Shown: positions 28,584 to 40,654 of the stretch, in pieces
Layout of the letters: the number at the start of each line of letters is the position of its first letter
Numbering within the stretch: the stretch's first letter is position 1
From: an uncultured Thermoleophilia bacterium
Lineage (GTDB): Bacteria > Actinomycetota > Thermoleophilia > UBA2241
Length of the DNA: 64,000 nucleotides
Direction of reading: 5' to 3'
Assembly: GCA_963699725.1 (NCBI GenBank)
Contig: CAVOVA010000020.1
Span: 6,442-70,441, forward strand
Program-made: the position numbers and the translations under genes
Notes under the pieces: model-generated
What the model was told of the DNA's origin: nothing
The model's input: only the letters and a program-made list of their open reading frames with translations
Databases searched by the model: none

Positions 28584-29452
28584 TAGTCCCGGGCGAGGTC
28601 CCGGTGACGCACGACGGTGTAGTAGCCCTGCTTGGCGAAGCGTTGGCCGATGAGCTCCGCGATGGCGACCGAGCGATGCCGGCCCCCCGTGCAGCCGACG
28701 CCGATGGTGAGGTGTGCCTTGCCTTCCGCCGCGTAGCGCGGGAAGAGGAAGTCGAGCAGCGGGAACAGACGCTCGAGATACTCGTTCGTGCCGGGCGATT
28801 CGAGGACGAAGTCCCGGACCTCCTCGTCCAGCCCGGTGAGAGGACGGAGCCTGAGGTCGTAGTGCGGGTTGGGCAGGAAGCGCACGTCGAAGAGCAGGTC
28901 GGCGTCGATGGGGATGCCGTACTTGTAGCCGAACGACACGACGGCGAAGACGATGTTGGTGCGCCGCGTGTGGTTGATGAGGTCCTCGTTGAGGCGCGCC
29001 TTGAGCTGGTGGATCGAGATGTCGCTCGTGTCGATGATCAGATGCGCGCGCTCGCGGAGGCCGGCGAGGCGCTGGCGCTCCTTGCGGATGCCGTCGATGA
29101 CGCTGCCGCGCTCCGCCAGTGGATGGCGGCGGCGCGTCTCCTTGAAGCGACGGACCAGCGCCTCGTTGGACGCCTCGAGAAACACGAGCGTGTACTCGAC
29201 GCCGCGCTCGTGCAGTTCGTCGAGCAGCTGCTCCAGGGCGCCGAAGTACTCGCCGCCGCGTACGTCGCTGACGACGGCGACACGGTCGACCTTGCTGCCC
29301 TCGCGACGGAACAGGTCGACGAGCGTCGGCACCAGCTCGGGCGGCAGGTTGTCGACGCAGAACCAGCCGGCGTCCTCAAAGGAGTCCATCGCCTGCGACT
29401 TCCCCGCTCCGGAAAGACCCGTGATGATCACGAACTGAAGCGCCTCGGTCAC
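28583..29452 (-). CDS. rapZ: RNase adapter / nucleotide-binding protein RapZ (YvcJ)
   Basis: GTG at 29452 with a GTGA overlap on the ogt stop. Walker A GLSGAGKS, C-terminal GCTGGRHRSV motif. Confidence 0.9.
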   Translation of the reverse strand: MTEALQFVIITGLSGAGKSQAMDSFEDAGWFCVDNLPPELVPTLVDLFRREGSKVDRVAVVSDVRGGEYFGALEQLLDELHERGVEYTLVFLEASNEALVRRFKETRRRHPLAERGSVIDGIRKERQRLAGLRERAHLIIDTSDISIHQLKARLNEDLINHTRRTNIVFAVVSFGYKYGIPIDADLLFDVRFLPNPHYDLRLRPLTGLDEEVRDFVLESPGTNEYLERLFPLLDFLFPRYAAEGKAHLTIGVGCTGGRHRSVAIAELIGQRFAKQGYYTVVRHRDLARD

Positions 29453-29985
29453 TCGACCCTCCCCTCCCTCACGCGTACGCCCTCGAGCGCGAGCAGGCGC
29501 TCCTTCCAGGCCGGGTCGTCGCCGTAGAAGCCGAGCCGGCCGTCGTTCTTGATGACCCGGTGACACGGCAGGATCACCGGGAGCTCGTTGCGCGCCATGG
29601 CAGAGCCCACGGCGCGGTAGGCGTTCGGACGTCCGGCCTCTCGGGCCAGATCGCGATAGCTGACGACCTCACCGTACGGGACGCGCGCCAGCGCCCGGTA
29701 GACGTCGCGCTCGAACAGCGTGAAGCCGTGAGCCGCCGCGTAGGCGTCGATGTCGAGCGCGAAAGCGACGGGCTCACCGGCGAAGTAGCGCTCGATCTGC
29801 CGCACCCAGCGGTTGCCGGCGTGGTCGCCCGGCGACGGCTGCGTCTCGCGGTCCGGAAGATCGAGCTCGAGCGGCAGGTCGGCGGCGAGGACCAGCCGGC
29901 CGACGCCCAGCGAACAGACGTAGTACTCCTCGGTGACGCGGCCAAGGCCGGCGTACGCGTCAGCCAGTCTTGTGGAGGTGCGCAT
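29449..29985 (-). CDS. ogt: Methylated-DNA--protein-cysteine methyltransferase
   Basis: 178 aa with the active-site PCHRV motif (LPVILPCHRVI). The 5' end overlaps the uvrC 3' end by 26 nt, so the start is uncertain. Confidence 0.85.
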   Translation of the reverse strand: MRTSTRLADAYAGLGRVTEEYYVCSLGVGRLVLAADLPLELDLPDRETQPSPGDHAGNRWVRQIERYFAGEPVAFALDIDAYAAAHGFTLFERDVYRALARVPYGEVVSYRDLAREAGRPNAYRAVGSAMARNELPVILPCHRVIKNDGRLGFYGDDPAWKERLLALEGVRVREGRVE

Positions 29986-31843
29986 AGATCTCCCTTGCTA
30001 CCTTGCGCGGCAGTCCCGGCACGCGCTCGATCTCTTCACGCCCGGCGCTCAGGAAGCGCTCGGGGCTGCCGAAGTGCTCCAGGATGCGCCGGCGGCGTAC
30101 CGGGCCGACCTGCGGAAGCTCGTCGAACACCGACGAGCGGTGCAGGTCGGCGTCTCGCCGCTGCCTATGGTACGCCACCGCGAACCGGTGTGCCTCGTCG
30201 CGGACGCGCTGCAGCAGCAGTGAGCCGGGGTCGTCGGCAGGCAGGGGAAGCGGGTCCCGGAGCCCGGGCACGAAGACCTCCTCTCGCTGCTTGGCGAGGC
30301 TGACGACCTCCACGTCCGCGCCGGCGTCGCGCACTGCGGCGACGGCGGCCGAGAGCTGCCCCTTGCCGCCGTCGACGAGCACGAGGTCGGGCAGCGCGGC
30401 GAAGCTCTCGTCGTAGTCGCCGGCGTCAGTGGCGCGGCGCTCGAAGCGCCGCCGCAGCACCTGGTTCATCATCGCGAAGTCGTCCTGACCGGTGGCGTCA
30501 CGGACGGAGAACTTGCGGTAGTGCGCCTTCTTGGGGACGCCGCCCTCGAACACGACCATGGAGCCGACGGGGTGCTGCTCGCCCAGGTTGGAGATGTCGT
30601 AGCACTCGATGCGGAGCGGGAGGCGGTCGAGCGCGAGGCCGTCGCGCAGGCTCTCCAGCGCCTCGATGCGCGAGGCCGAACGCCGCGCGATACGATCGGA
30701 CTCGGTCTGCGCGGCCAGCTCGGCGTTGTGCTGCGCGAGCTCGAGGAGGCGCCGCTTCGGACCGCGCCGTGCGGCGCGCACGGCCACGCGCGAGCCGCGC
30801 CGCTCGCCCAGGACGGCGCCGACGCCGGCGCCGTCCTCGAGCGGCGCGACCACCTCCGGCGGGATCACGGAGCCCTCCCAGTAGAACTCGAGCAGGAACT
30901 CCTCGAGCACGTCGCCGGCTTCGCGACCGGCCGCGTTCTCGAGGTAGAACGACTGGCGGTCCACCACGGCTCCGTCACGCACGCGGAACACCTGGACGTT
31001 GGCGCCGGGGTCCTCCTGCGAGAGACCGATGACGTCGAACGCCTCGCGCTCGTCCACCCGGGCGGACTGGCGCTCGTGGACGTGGCGCACGGCGGCGAGC
31101 CTGTCGCGGAGCAGCGCCGCCTTCTCGAACTCCTGCGCGGCGGCGGCGGCCGTCATCTCGCGCTCGATGTCCTTCTCGACCGCCCCGAGGTGGCCGCGCA
31201 AGAAGTCGACCGCCTGGTTGACCGCGCCCATGTACTCCTCGTGCGAGACGCGGCCGTCGCACGGGCCGAGCGAGCGCTTGATGAAGTACTGCAGGCACGG
31301 CGAGCCGCTCGGCCGTCCCGGCTGCGCGCCGCGGCATTTGCGGTACGGGAAGATGCGGCCGATGAGCTCGAGGGTGTCGCGGACCTTGCGCGCGCTCGAG
31401 AAGGGTCCGAAGTAGAGATTGCCGGGCACACGGCGGCCGCGGAAGAAGCGCACCCGTGGCCACTCTTCGTTGAGCGTTATCTCGATGGACGGGTAGCTCT
31501 TGTCATCGCGCAAGCGCAGGTTGTACGGCGGGCGCTCCTCCTTGATGAAGTTGTCCTCCAGGAGGAGCGCCTCCGACTCCGAGTCCGTCACCACCCAGTC
31601 GATATCCGCGGCCTGGGAAAGCATCTCGCCGGTACGGCCGTGCGGGATGCCGGCCGGGCGCAGATACGACGCCACCCGCTTGCGTAGTACCTTGGCCTTG
31701 CCCACGTACAGGACCGTGCCGGCGGCGTCGCGAAAACGGTACACGCCGGGTTCGTCGGGGATGCGCTTGAGGATCGCGCGAAGGTGGTCCAGATCGCTCG
31801 TGTGGCGCGCTTCGGGGGTCATCCTGGTGATTGTACCCGCCAC
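29960..31843 (-). CDS. uvrC: Excinuclease ABC subunit C
   Basis: 627 aa. GIY-YIG N-terminus (GVYRF...VLYVGKA), UVR domain, Endonuclease-V-like and HhH C-terminus. Confidence 0.95.
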   Translation of the reverse strand: MAGTITRMTPEARHTSDLDHLRAILKRIPDEPGVYRFRDAAGTVLYVGKAKVLRKRVASYLRPAGIPHGRTGEMLSQAADIDWVVTDSESEALLLEDNFIKEERPPYNLRLRDDKSYPSIEITLNEEWPRVRFFRGRRVPGNLYFGPFSSARKVRDTLELIGRIFPYRKCRGAQPGRPSGSPCLQYFIKRSLGPCDGRVSHEEYMGAVNQAVDFLRGHLGAVEKDIEREMTAAAAAQEFEKAALLRDRLAAVRHVHERQSARVDEREAFDVIGLSQEDPGANVQVFRVRDGAVVDRQSFYLENAAGREAGDVLEEFLLEFYWEGSVIPPEVVAPLEDGAGVGAVLGERRGSRVAVRAARRGPKRRLLELAQHNAELAAQTESDRIARRSASRIEALESLRDGLALDRLPLRIECYDISNLGEQHPVGSMVVFEGGVPKKAHYRKFSVRDATGQDDFAMMNQVLRRRFERRATDAGDYDESFAALPDLVLVDGGKGQLSAAVAAVRDAGADVEVVSLAKQREEVFVPGLRDPLPLPADDPGSLLLQRVRDEAHRFAVAYHRQRRDADLHRSSVFDELPQVGPVRRRRILEHFGSPERFLSAGREEIERVPGLPRKVAREIYAHLHKTG

Positions 31844-31882
31844 GTCGTCGGCAGGCGGTCCCGCTGGCGAATCGCCTGGGTC

Positions 31883-32115
31883 TCAGTCCTCGGCGTCCAG
31901 CTTCGCCAGGATCGCCAGGGCGTCCTCCACGTAGACGCGCGGCACCAGCACCTGGACGGCTCCGAGCCCCCCGCGAGCGCCCGGGAACAGCCACCCCGAC
32001 TGCGCGCCACCGTGCACCTCGACCGGTATGCCGGCCGACTCGAGGGCGGTCGCGATGATGGACCCGCTGACGCCGTCCGGCGGCGCCGCGATCACCACGA
32101 CGTCCGGGTCGCCGC

Positions 32116-32119
<4 letters not shown>
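31883..32119 (-). CDS. Small 78-aa protein, DUF2007-like (putative signal-transducing fold)
   Basis: ATGA start/stop overlap with uvrA. Sequence [16 protein letters not shown]...[15 protein letters not shown] resembles DUF2007. The assignment is tentative. Confidence 0.5.
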
Positions 32120-34977
<2,858 letters not shown>

Positions 34978-35027
34978 GTTCTCAGTCTGGCAGACGTGGC
35001 AAGTCCAGGTTGGTCCGGCTGCGCCGA

Positions 35028-35642
35028 CTAGTCGATCAGCAGCAGGCCGGTCCAGGCGGGATGATCCTCGGCCGGCAGCTCAACGCTGAGGCCGGCCGCT
35101 TCGGCCGTGGCGACGACGTCGATGCCCACCGCCTCCATGGACGGACGCGCCTCGAAGGGGTGCCGGCACTTCTCCCCCGACGCCTGGCCTACGCATTCGT
35201 CGCAGAGCACGCACTCGCCGCCGGAGAAGGCCGCGGCGTAGCGGTAGCCGAGCTTGAACGCGGCGCGCTCCAGGTCGGTCATGAGGTGAGCGAAGCGATT
35301 CTGGCTGTCCCTGAGCCCCGAGATCTGCTGGGCATCCGCCGTCGACTCCGCGTAGGTGCGCCCTTCGAGCTGACCGTCGACGCAGTCCTGCGTGAGCGCG
35401 ATGTCGAGCTGCACGACCAGCGCGTCGCCGTACTTCGCCAGCACGCCGCGCGTCTGGTCGGCGGGCATGACGACGGGCGGGCACATGAGGTTGTGGCCGT
35501 AGCTCGAGCACAACGGCACGCGACACTTGAGGTTCACGCGCTCGTCGATGACGACGGCCGCGGCCGGCACCGGCGCCGCCCTGTCGGCGCCGAGGTCCTC
35601 CGCCGCGGCGATGAGCCGCTGCAGGTGCATGGCGTCAGCCAA
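35028..35642 (-). CDS. DUF2284-like predicted metal-binding protein
   Basis: 204 aa with Cys motifs [17 protein letters not shown] and [10 protein letters not shown]...CRHPF. The start overlaps the uvrB stop by 8 nt. Confidence 0.65.
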   Translation of the reverse strand: MADAMHLQRLIAAAEDLGADRAAPVPAAAVVIDERVNLKCRVPLCSSYGHNLMCPPVVMPADQTRGVLAKYGDALVVQLDIALTQDCVDGQLEGRTYAESTADAQQISGLRDSQNRFAHLMTDLERAAFKLGYRYAAAFSGGECVLCDECVGQASGEKCRHPFEARPSMEAVGIDVVATAEAAGLSVELPAEDHPAWTGLLLID

Positions 35643-37647
35643 CTGCTTCTCCTCTCCGAACGAGCTCCTTGCTGAGCTCCTTGATCTCGTCGCGCAGCTT
35701 GGCCGCGTACTCGAACTTGAGCTGGTCGGCCGCCTCGAACATCTCTGCCTCGAGGCTCGTGAGGAGCTTCTCGAGGTCGGCGCGCGGCATGGCCATCTTC
35801 TTGGCCACGGCTTTGGCGGCGCGGCGGCCCTTGGTAGGGACGGCCGCCGCGTCGCTCATCATGGTGGAGATGTCGGTGACGCCCTTGATCACGCTCAGTG
35901 GCGTGATGCCGTGCTCCTCGTTGTAGGCCGTCTGACGGGCGCGGCGGCGATTGGTCTCGCCGATCGCCGCCTCCATCGCCGCGGTGACCCGGTCCGCGTA
36001 CATGATCACGGTCCCGTCGATGTTGCGGGCGGCGCGGCCGATGGTCTGGATGAGGCTGGTCTGGCCGCGCAGGAACCCCTCCTTGTCGGCGTCGAGGATG
36101 GCGACCAGGGTGACCTCGGGCAGGTCGAGCCCCTCGCGCAGCAGATTGATGCCGACGAGCACGTCGAACTCCCCGAGGCGCAGGTCGCGGATGATCTGGA
36201 TGCGCTCGAGTGTGTCGATCTCGCTGTGCAGGTAGCGGACCTTGAACCCGTTCTCGAGCAGGTAGTCGGTGAGGTCCTCGGCCATCCGCTTGGTGAGGGT
36301 CGTGACGAGGACGCGCTGGTCCTTGTCGACGCGCCGCCGGATCTCGTTCATGAGGTCGTCGATCTGCCCGTCGGTCGAGCGCACCTGGACCACCGGGTCG
36401 ACGAGGCCGGTGGGCCGGATGATCTGCTCGGCGATGTTCAGGCTGTTGGCCAGTTCGAACTGCCCGGGCGTGGCGCTGACGAAGATGAGCTGCGGCACCT
36501 TGGCGAGGAACTCGTCGAAGCGGAGCGGTCGGTTGTCGAGCGCGCTCGGCAGACGAAAGCCGTAGTCCACGAGCTGCTGCTTGCGCGACTTGTCGCCCTC
36601 CGACATGGCGCGGATCTGCGGCAGCGACATGTGCGACTCGTCGACGAAGCAGAGGAAGTCGTCGGGGAAGTAGTCGAGCAGGCAGTTCGGCGTGGCCCCC
36701 GGTTCCTTGCCCAGCAGGATGCGGGAGTAGTTCTCGATACCGCTGCAGTAGCCCATCTCGCGCAGCATCTCCATGTCGTACTGCGTGCGCTGGCGCAGGC
36801 GGTGCGCCTCGAGGATCTTGCCGTGCTCCTCGAACCACGCGCAGCGCTCGTCGAGCTCACGGCGGATCTCGACGAGAGCGCGCTCGATGGCGGGGTCGTT
36901 GGTCACGAAGTGCGTCGCCGGGTAGATCGCCACGTGCGCCGGCTTCTCGAGGATCTCGCCGCTCACAGGGTCGAAGCTGACGATCTGCTCGACCTCGTCG
37001 CCCCACAACTGGATGCGGATGGCGGTGTCCTGGGCGGCCGGCCATATCTCGACCGAGTCGCCGCGCACGCGGAACTTGCCGCGCGCGGGCTCGAAGTCGT
37101 TGCGCGCGTACTGGATGTCGACCAGTTTGCGCAGCATCTCGTCCCGCTCCGCGGACTGGCCGACCTGGAGCAGCACCATCTTCTCGAGGTAGTCCTCGGG
37201 CGAGCCGAGGCCGTAGATGCAGCTCACGCTGGCGACGATGACGACGTCGCGCCGCAGGAACAGTGAGGTCGTGGCGGCGTGGCGCAGGCGGTCGATCTCG
37301 TCGTTGATCGACGAGTCCTTCTCGATGTAGAGGTCCTGCGCCGCGACGTAGGCCTCCGGCTGGTAGTAGTCGTAGTAGCTGACGAAGTACTCGACCGCGT
37401 TGTCCGGCAGGAACTCGCGGAACTCGTTGCAGAGCTGGGCCGCCAACGTCTTGTTGTGGGCGATGACCAATGTGGGCTTGCGCGCCTTCTCGATGACGTT
37501 GGCCATGGTGAAGGTCTTGCCGGAGCCGGTGACGCCCAGGAGCGTCTGGTAGCGGTCACCGCGCAGGACGCCGTCGGCGAGCGCGGCGACCGCCTCAGGC
37601 TGGTCGCCGGTCATGCCGTACGCGGCTTGGATCGTGAACTCACTCAT
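35635..37647 (-). CDS. uvrB: Excinuclease ABC subunit B
   Basis: 670 aa. GVTGSGKT Walker A, DESH box, C-terminal UVR domain. Confidence 0.97.
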   Translation of the reverse strand: MSEFTIQAAYGMTGDQPEAVAALADGVLRGDRYQTLLGVTGSGKTFTMANVIEKARKPTLVIAHNKTLAAQLCNEFREFLPDNAVEYFVSYYDYYQPEAYVAAQDLYIEKDSSINDEIDRLRHAATTSLFLRRDVVIVASVSCIYGLGSPEDYLEKMVLLQVGQSAERDEMLRKLVDIQYARNDFEPARGKFRVRGDSVEIWPAAQDTAIRIQLWGDEVEQIVSFDPVSGEILEKPAHVAIYPATHFVTNDPAIERALVEIRRELDERCAWFEEHGKILEAHRLRQRTQYDMEMLREMGYCSGIENYSRILLGKEPGATPNCLLDYFPDDFLCFVDESHMSLPQIRAMSEGDKSRKQQLVDYGFRLPSALDNRPLRFDEFLAKVPQLIFVSATPGQFELANSLNIAEQIIRPTGLVDPVVQVRSTDGQIDDLMNEIRRRVDKDQRVLVTTLTKRMAEDLTDYLLENGFKVRYLHSEIDTLERIQIIRDLRLGEFDVLVGINLLREGLDLPEVTLVAILDADKEGFLRGQTSLIQTIGRAARNIDGTVIMYADRVTAAMEAAIGETNRRRARQTAYNEEHGITPLSVIKGVTDISTMMSDAAAVPTKGRRAAKAVAKKMAMPRADLEKLLTSLEAEMFEAADQLKFEYAAKLRDEIKELSKELVRRGEAVG

Positions 37648-37725
37648 GCGCCCTCGACTCTACCAATACGAACACCTGTTCGCAACGGCCGGCGGGCCTG
37701 CTGCAGCCCCGCCGCGCCCGGCGGC

Positions 37726-38340
37726 TCACCCGGACTCGGACGACGCCCCCAAACGCTCGCCGTATGTCTCACGGTATACCCGGCGCGCCGTCAGCACTGC
37801 TCTGACGTATGCCTTCGTCTCCGCATAGGGAATGTCGGCGATCCGCAGCGGGTGCCCGTGCGCGGCCGCCGCCGCCCGCCACTCCATGACGGCGCCCATG
37901 CCGGCGTTGTACGAGGCGACGGCGGCGCGCACGTCGTCGTCGAACGCATCGAGAGCGCTGCGCAAGTAGTAGCACCCGTACCGCACGTTCACCTCGGGGT
38001 CCTCGAGATCGGCGGTGGTGAAGGCGATGCCGCCGGTCTCGCGGGCGATCTGCTCCGCGGTCTCGGGAAGGATCTGCATGAGCCCCACCGCGCCCTGCTC
38101 CGACCGCGCGTGCTCGTCGAAGCGGCTCTCCGCATAGATGACGGCGGCGACCAGCGCCGGGTCCAGACCGTTGTCGCGCGCAGAGGAGCGGATCGCCTCA
38201 GTGTGGTCGAGCGGGTAGACGGCCTTCGCGTACCACGACGGCGCTCCGGACGCGCCGAAGAGCGGCGTGACCCAGCGGGCGACAGCGGTCGCCGCGCCGA
38301 GCGCGGCGACCAGGAGGAAGACGATGACGAGGCGCCTCAC
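37726..38340 (-). CDS. Lytic transglycosylase (SLT domain) with signal/anchor peptide
   Basis: 204 aa. AVIYAESRF...GAVGLMQILP catalytic-Glu motif. GTGA overlap with the coaE stop. Confidence 0.8.
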   Translation of the reverse strand: MRRLVIVFLLVAALGAATAVARWVTPLFGASGAPSWYAKAVYPLDHTEAIRSSARDNGLDPALVAAVIYAESRFDEHARSEQGAVGLMQILPETAEQIARETGGIAFTTADLEDPEVNVRYGCYYLRSALDAFDDDVRAAVASYNAGMGAVMEWRAAAAAHGHPLRIADIPYAETKAYVRAVLTARRVYRETYGERLGASSESG

Positions 38341-38993
38341 GAGGCGCTCTCGCCGGCGCCGCCCCCCGCGGCTGGTCGCTCGCCGGCGAGGATGCTCGCC
38401 ACCGTCTGCCCCAGGAACTCTCGCAGTGCCTTGCGCGTGCCCGTGTTCTCGTACACGAAGTGGCTGCGGGCGATCTTCTCCTGCTCCGGCATCTGCAGGG
38501 CAAGACGGCGGCTGAACTCACTGTCGGTGAGCTTGGCCGTCAGGCGCCGGCGGCGTACCTCTTCGGGCGCCGTGACCAGCATGACGAAGTCGAAGCTGTC
38601 GGCGAATCCCGCCTCGAAGAGGAGCGGGATCTCGACGGCAAGGAGCGCGGGCCGCGGCCGGACCTGGCGCTGAGCGGCGACCCAGTCGGCTACGGCCTGC
38701 CGGACGTACGGGTGCAGGAGGCCCTCCAGCCAGCGCAGCTCAGCCTGGTCGGCGAACACGATGCCGGCCAGCGCCGGCCGGCTGACGCCGCCGGCGCCGT
38801 CGACGACCGCATCGCCGAAGTGCTCGCGAATGCGATCGACGACCTCGGCGGTCGCGTACAGCCCGTGCACGACGTCGTCGCTCGAGACCACGGCGGCGCC
38901 GAGCTCGTGCAGGTAGGCGAGCGCCGTGGACTTGCCCGAGCCGATGCCGCCGGTGAGTCCGAGCAGCGGGATGTTGGTGCGCGATGCGGTCAT
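38337..38993 (-). CDS. coaE: Dephospho-CoA kinase
   Basis: ATG at 38993 (MTASRTNIPLLGLTGGIGSGKST). The upstream part of the listed ORF is Arg/Gly-rich and unlikely to be coding. Confidence 0.85.
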   Translation of the reverse strand: MTASRTNIPLLGLTGGIGSGKSTALAYLHELGAAVVSSDDVVHGLYATAEVVDRIREHFGDAVVDGAGGVSRPALAGIVFADQAELRWLEGLLHPYVRQAVADWVAAQRQVRPRPALLAVEIPLLFEAGFADSFDFVMLVTAPEEVRRRRLTAKLTDSEFSRRLALQMPEQEKIARSHFVYENTGTRKALREFLGQTVASILAGERPAAGGGAGESAS

Positions 38994-39061
38994 TCTCGCC
39001 CCAGAAGCAGACTGGGGGCGGCCGCGGCGCCGTGCGCCACAGCCGCCCCCAGTCCTCATGG

Positions 39062-40504
39062 TCAGGCCTCCGGAGACTCCTCCTCGGCGGTGGCGGCCGC
39101 GGCGTCGGGCGCGGGCTCCTCGTCGTCCTGGGCGGCGCCGGCCGGGAAGACCTCGTCGCTGAGGCCGAGCTCGGGCTCGTTCTCCACGACGGCGGGCTCG
39201 TCGCCGGCGGCCTCGACGGGCTCTTCCGGCTCTTCGTCCGACTGCTCGACCTCGACGACGACCTCGTCGGCCTCTTCGTCGGCGACCGGCTCTTCGACCT
39301 CAGCGTCGGCCTCGGGCTCCTCGTCGGCCTCGGGCTCAGGGGCGAGCGGGCGCAGCGGCTTCACGTTGTCGCCGTCGACGCGCTTGATGCTGAGACTGAG
39401 GCGACGGCGCTCGGAGTCGACCTCGATGATCTTGACGCTGACGTTCTGGTCGACCGAGACGACCTCGTCCGGACGCTCCACGTGGCGATTGGCCAGCTCG
39501 CTGATGTGCACGAGACCCTCGATGCCCTCGTAGATCTCGACGAAGGCGCCGAAGGCGACGATCTTGGTGACGCGACCGTCGACCACGTCGCCGACCTTGT
39601 GCTGGGCGACGATCTTCTGCCACGGATCTTCCTGGGTCTGCTTGAGGCCGAGGCTGATGCGCTGGCGGTCACGGTCGATGTCGAGGACCTTGACCTTGAC
39701 CTTCTGGTTGACCTGCAGCACCTCGGACGGGTGGTTGATGTGCGTCCAGCTGAGCTCGCTGATGTGGATGAGGCCGTCGATGCCGTCGAGGTCGACGAAC
39801 GCGCCGAAGTCGACGATGTTGCTGATCGTGCCCTCGACGATGTCGCCCACGTTGAGCTCGTCGATGATCTGCTGGCGGACCTCCTTGCGCTCCTCTTCGA
39901 GGACGGCGCGGCGGCTGAGGACCACGTTGTTGCGGTTGCGGTTCATCTCGATGACGCGGCAGTTGAGCTCCTGGCCGACGTACTCCTGGAGGTCCTGCAC
40001 GCGGCGGATGTCGACCAGAGAGGCCGGCAGGAAGCCGCGCACGCCGAGGTCGAGGATGAGGCCGCCCTTGACGACCTCGATCACCGTGCCGGTGACCGGC
40101 TCGCCGCTCTCGAATGCCGCCTCGATGCGCTTCCAGGCCTTCTCGAACTTGGCGCGCTTCTTGCTGAGGATCAGACGGCCGTCGGCGTCTTCCTTCGTCA
40201 TGACGAGGGCGTCGATCTCCTCGTCGAGGCCGACCTCCTCGGACGTATTGACGTTCTTGCGGATGCTGAGCTCGTTGACCGGGATGACGCCTTCGGACTT
40301 ATAGCCGATATCGACGAGGACTTCGTCCTTGTCGATGCGGACCACCCTGCCGGTGACGATGTCCCCCTCGCTGAAGTTGGTCAGCGTCAGGTCGTAGTTG
40401 GGGATGACCTCGCCGTCTACCTCGATGAGGTATCCTTCGCTGCCCTCCACGATCCTGGGGTCGTTCGCTGCTGCGAGCTGGGTGTCGATGGGTTTGTCTG
40501 CCAT
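39062..40504 (-). CDS. rpsA: 30S ribosomal protein S1 with an acidic C-terminal tail
   Basis: 480 aa. Four S1 repeats (e.g. GDIVTGRV, GTVIEVVKGGLILDLG, GDIVEGTISNIVDFGAFVDL, GDVVDGRVTKIVAFGAFVEI). Confidence 0.95.
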   Translation of the reverse strand: MADKPIDTQLAAANDPRIVEGSEGYLIEVDGEVIPNYDLTLTNFSEGDIVTGRVVRIDKDEVLVDIGYKSEGVIPVNELSIRKNVNTSEEVGLDEEIDALVMTKEDADGRLILSKKRAKFEKAWKRIEAAFESGEPVTGTVIEVVKGGLILDLGVRGFLPASLVDIRRVQDLQEYVGQELNCRVIEMNRNRNNVVLSRRAVLEEERKEVRQQIIDELNVGDIVEGTISNIVDFGAFVDLDGIDGLIHISELSWTHINHPSEVLQVNQKVKVKVLDIDRDRQRISLGLKQTQEDPWQKIVAQHKVGDVVDGRVTKIVAFGAFVEIYEGIEGLVHISELANRHVERPDEVVSVDQNVSVKIIEVDSERRRLSLSIKRVDGDNVKPLRPLAPEPEADEEPEADAEVEEPVADEEADEVVVEVEQSDEEPEEPVEAAGDEPAVVENEPELGLSDEVFPAGAAQDDEEPAPDAAAATAEEESPEA

Positions 40505-40591
40505 GTGGTGTCGTTGCCTCCCGGTCAGGTATGCGATCCGTCGTTGTCAGATGGCAACGGCCCGCGGACCGCAGCGGGCCGAAACTACGGG

Positions 40592-40600
40592 AGTATACCA
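40592..40600 (-). promoter_or_regulatory. Candidate extended -10 promoter for rpsA (TGgTATACT on the minus strand)
   Basis: Minus strand reads ...cccgTGgTATACTcccgtag... about 90 nt upstream of the rpsA ATG. The hairpin GGCCCGC-N8-GCGGGCC (40559..40580) would then lie in the leader. Confidence 0.35.
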
Positions 40601-40654
40601 CGGGAGCGCGGCCCAGGGCGAAGCTCGCGCCCCGCGAACGGGGCGGCGCCGCCG

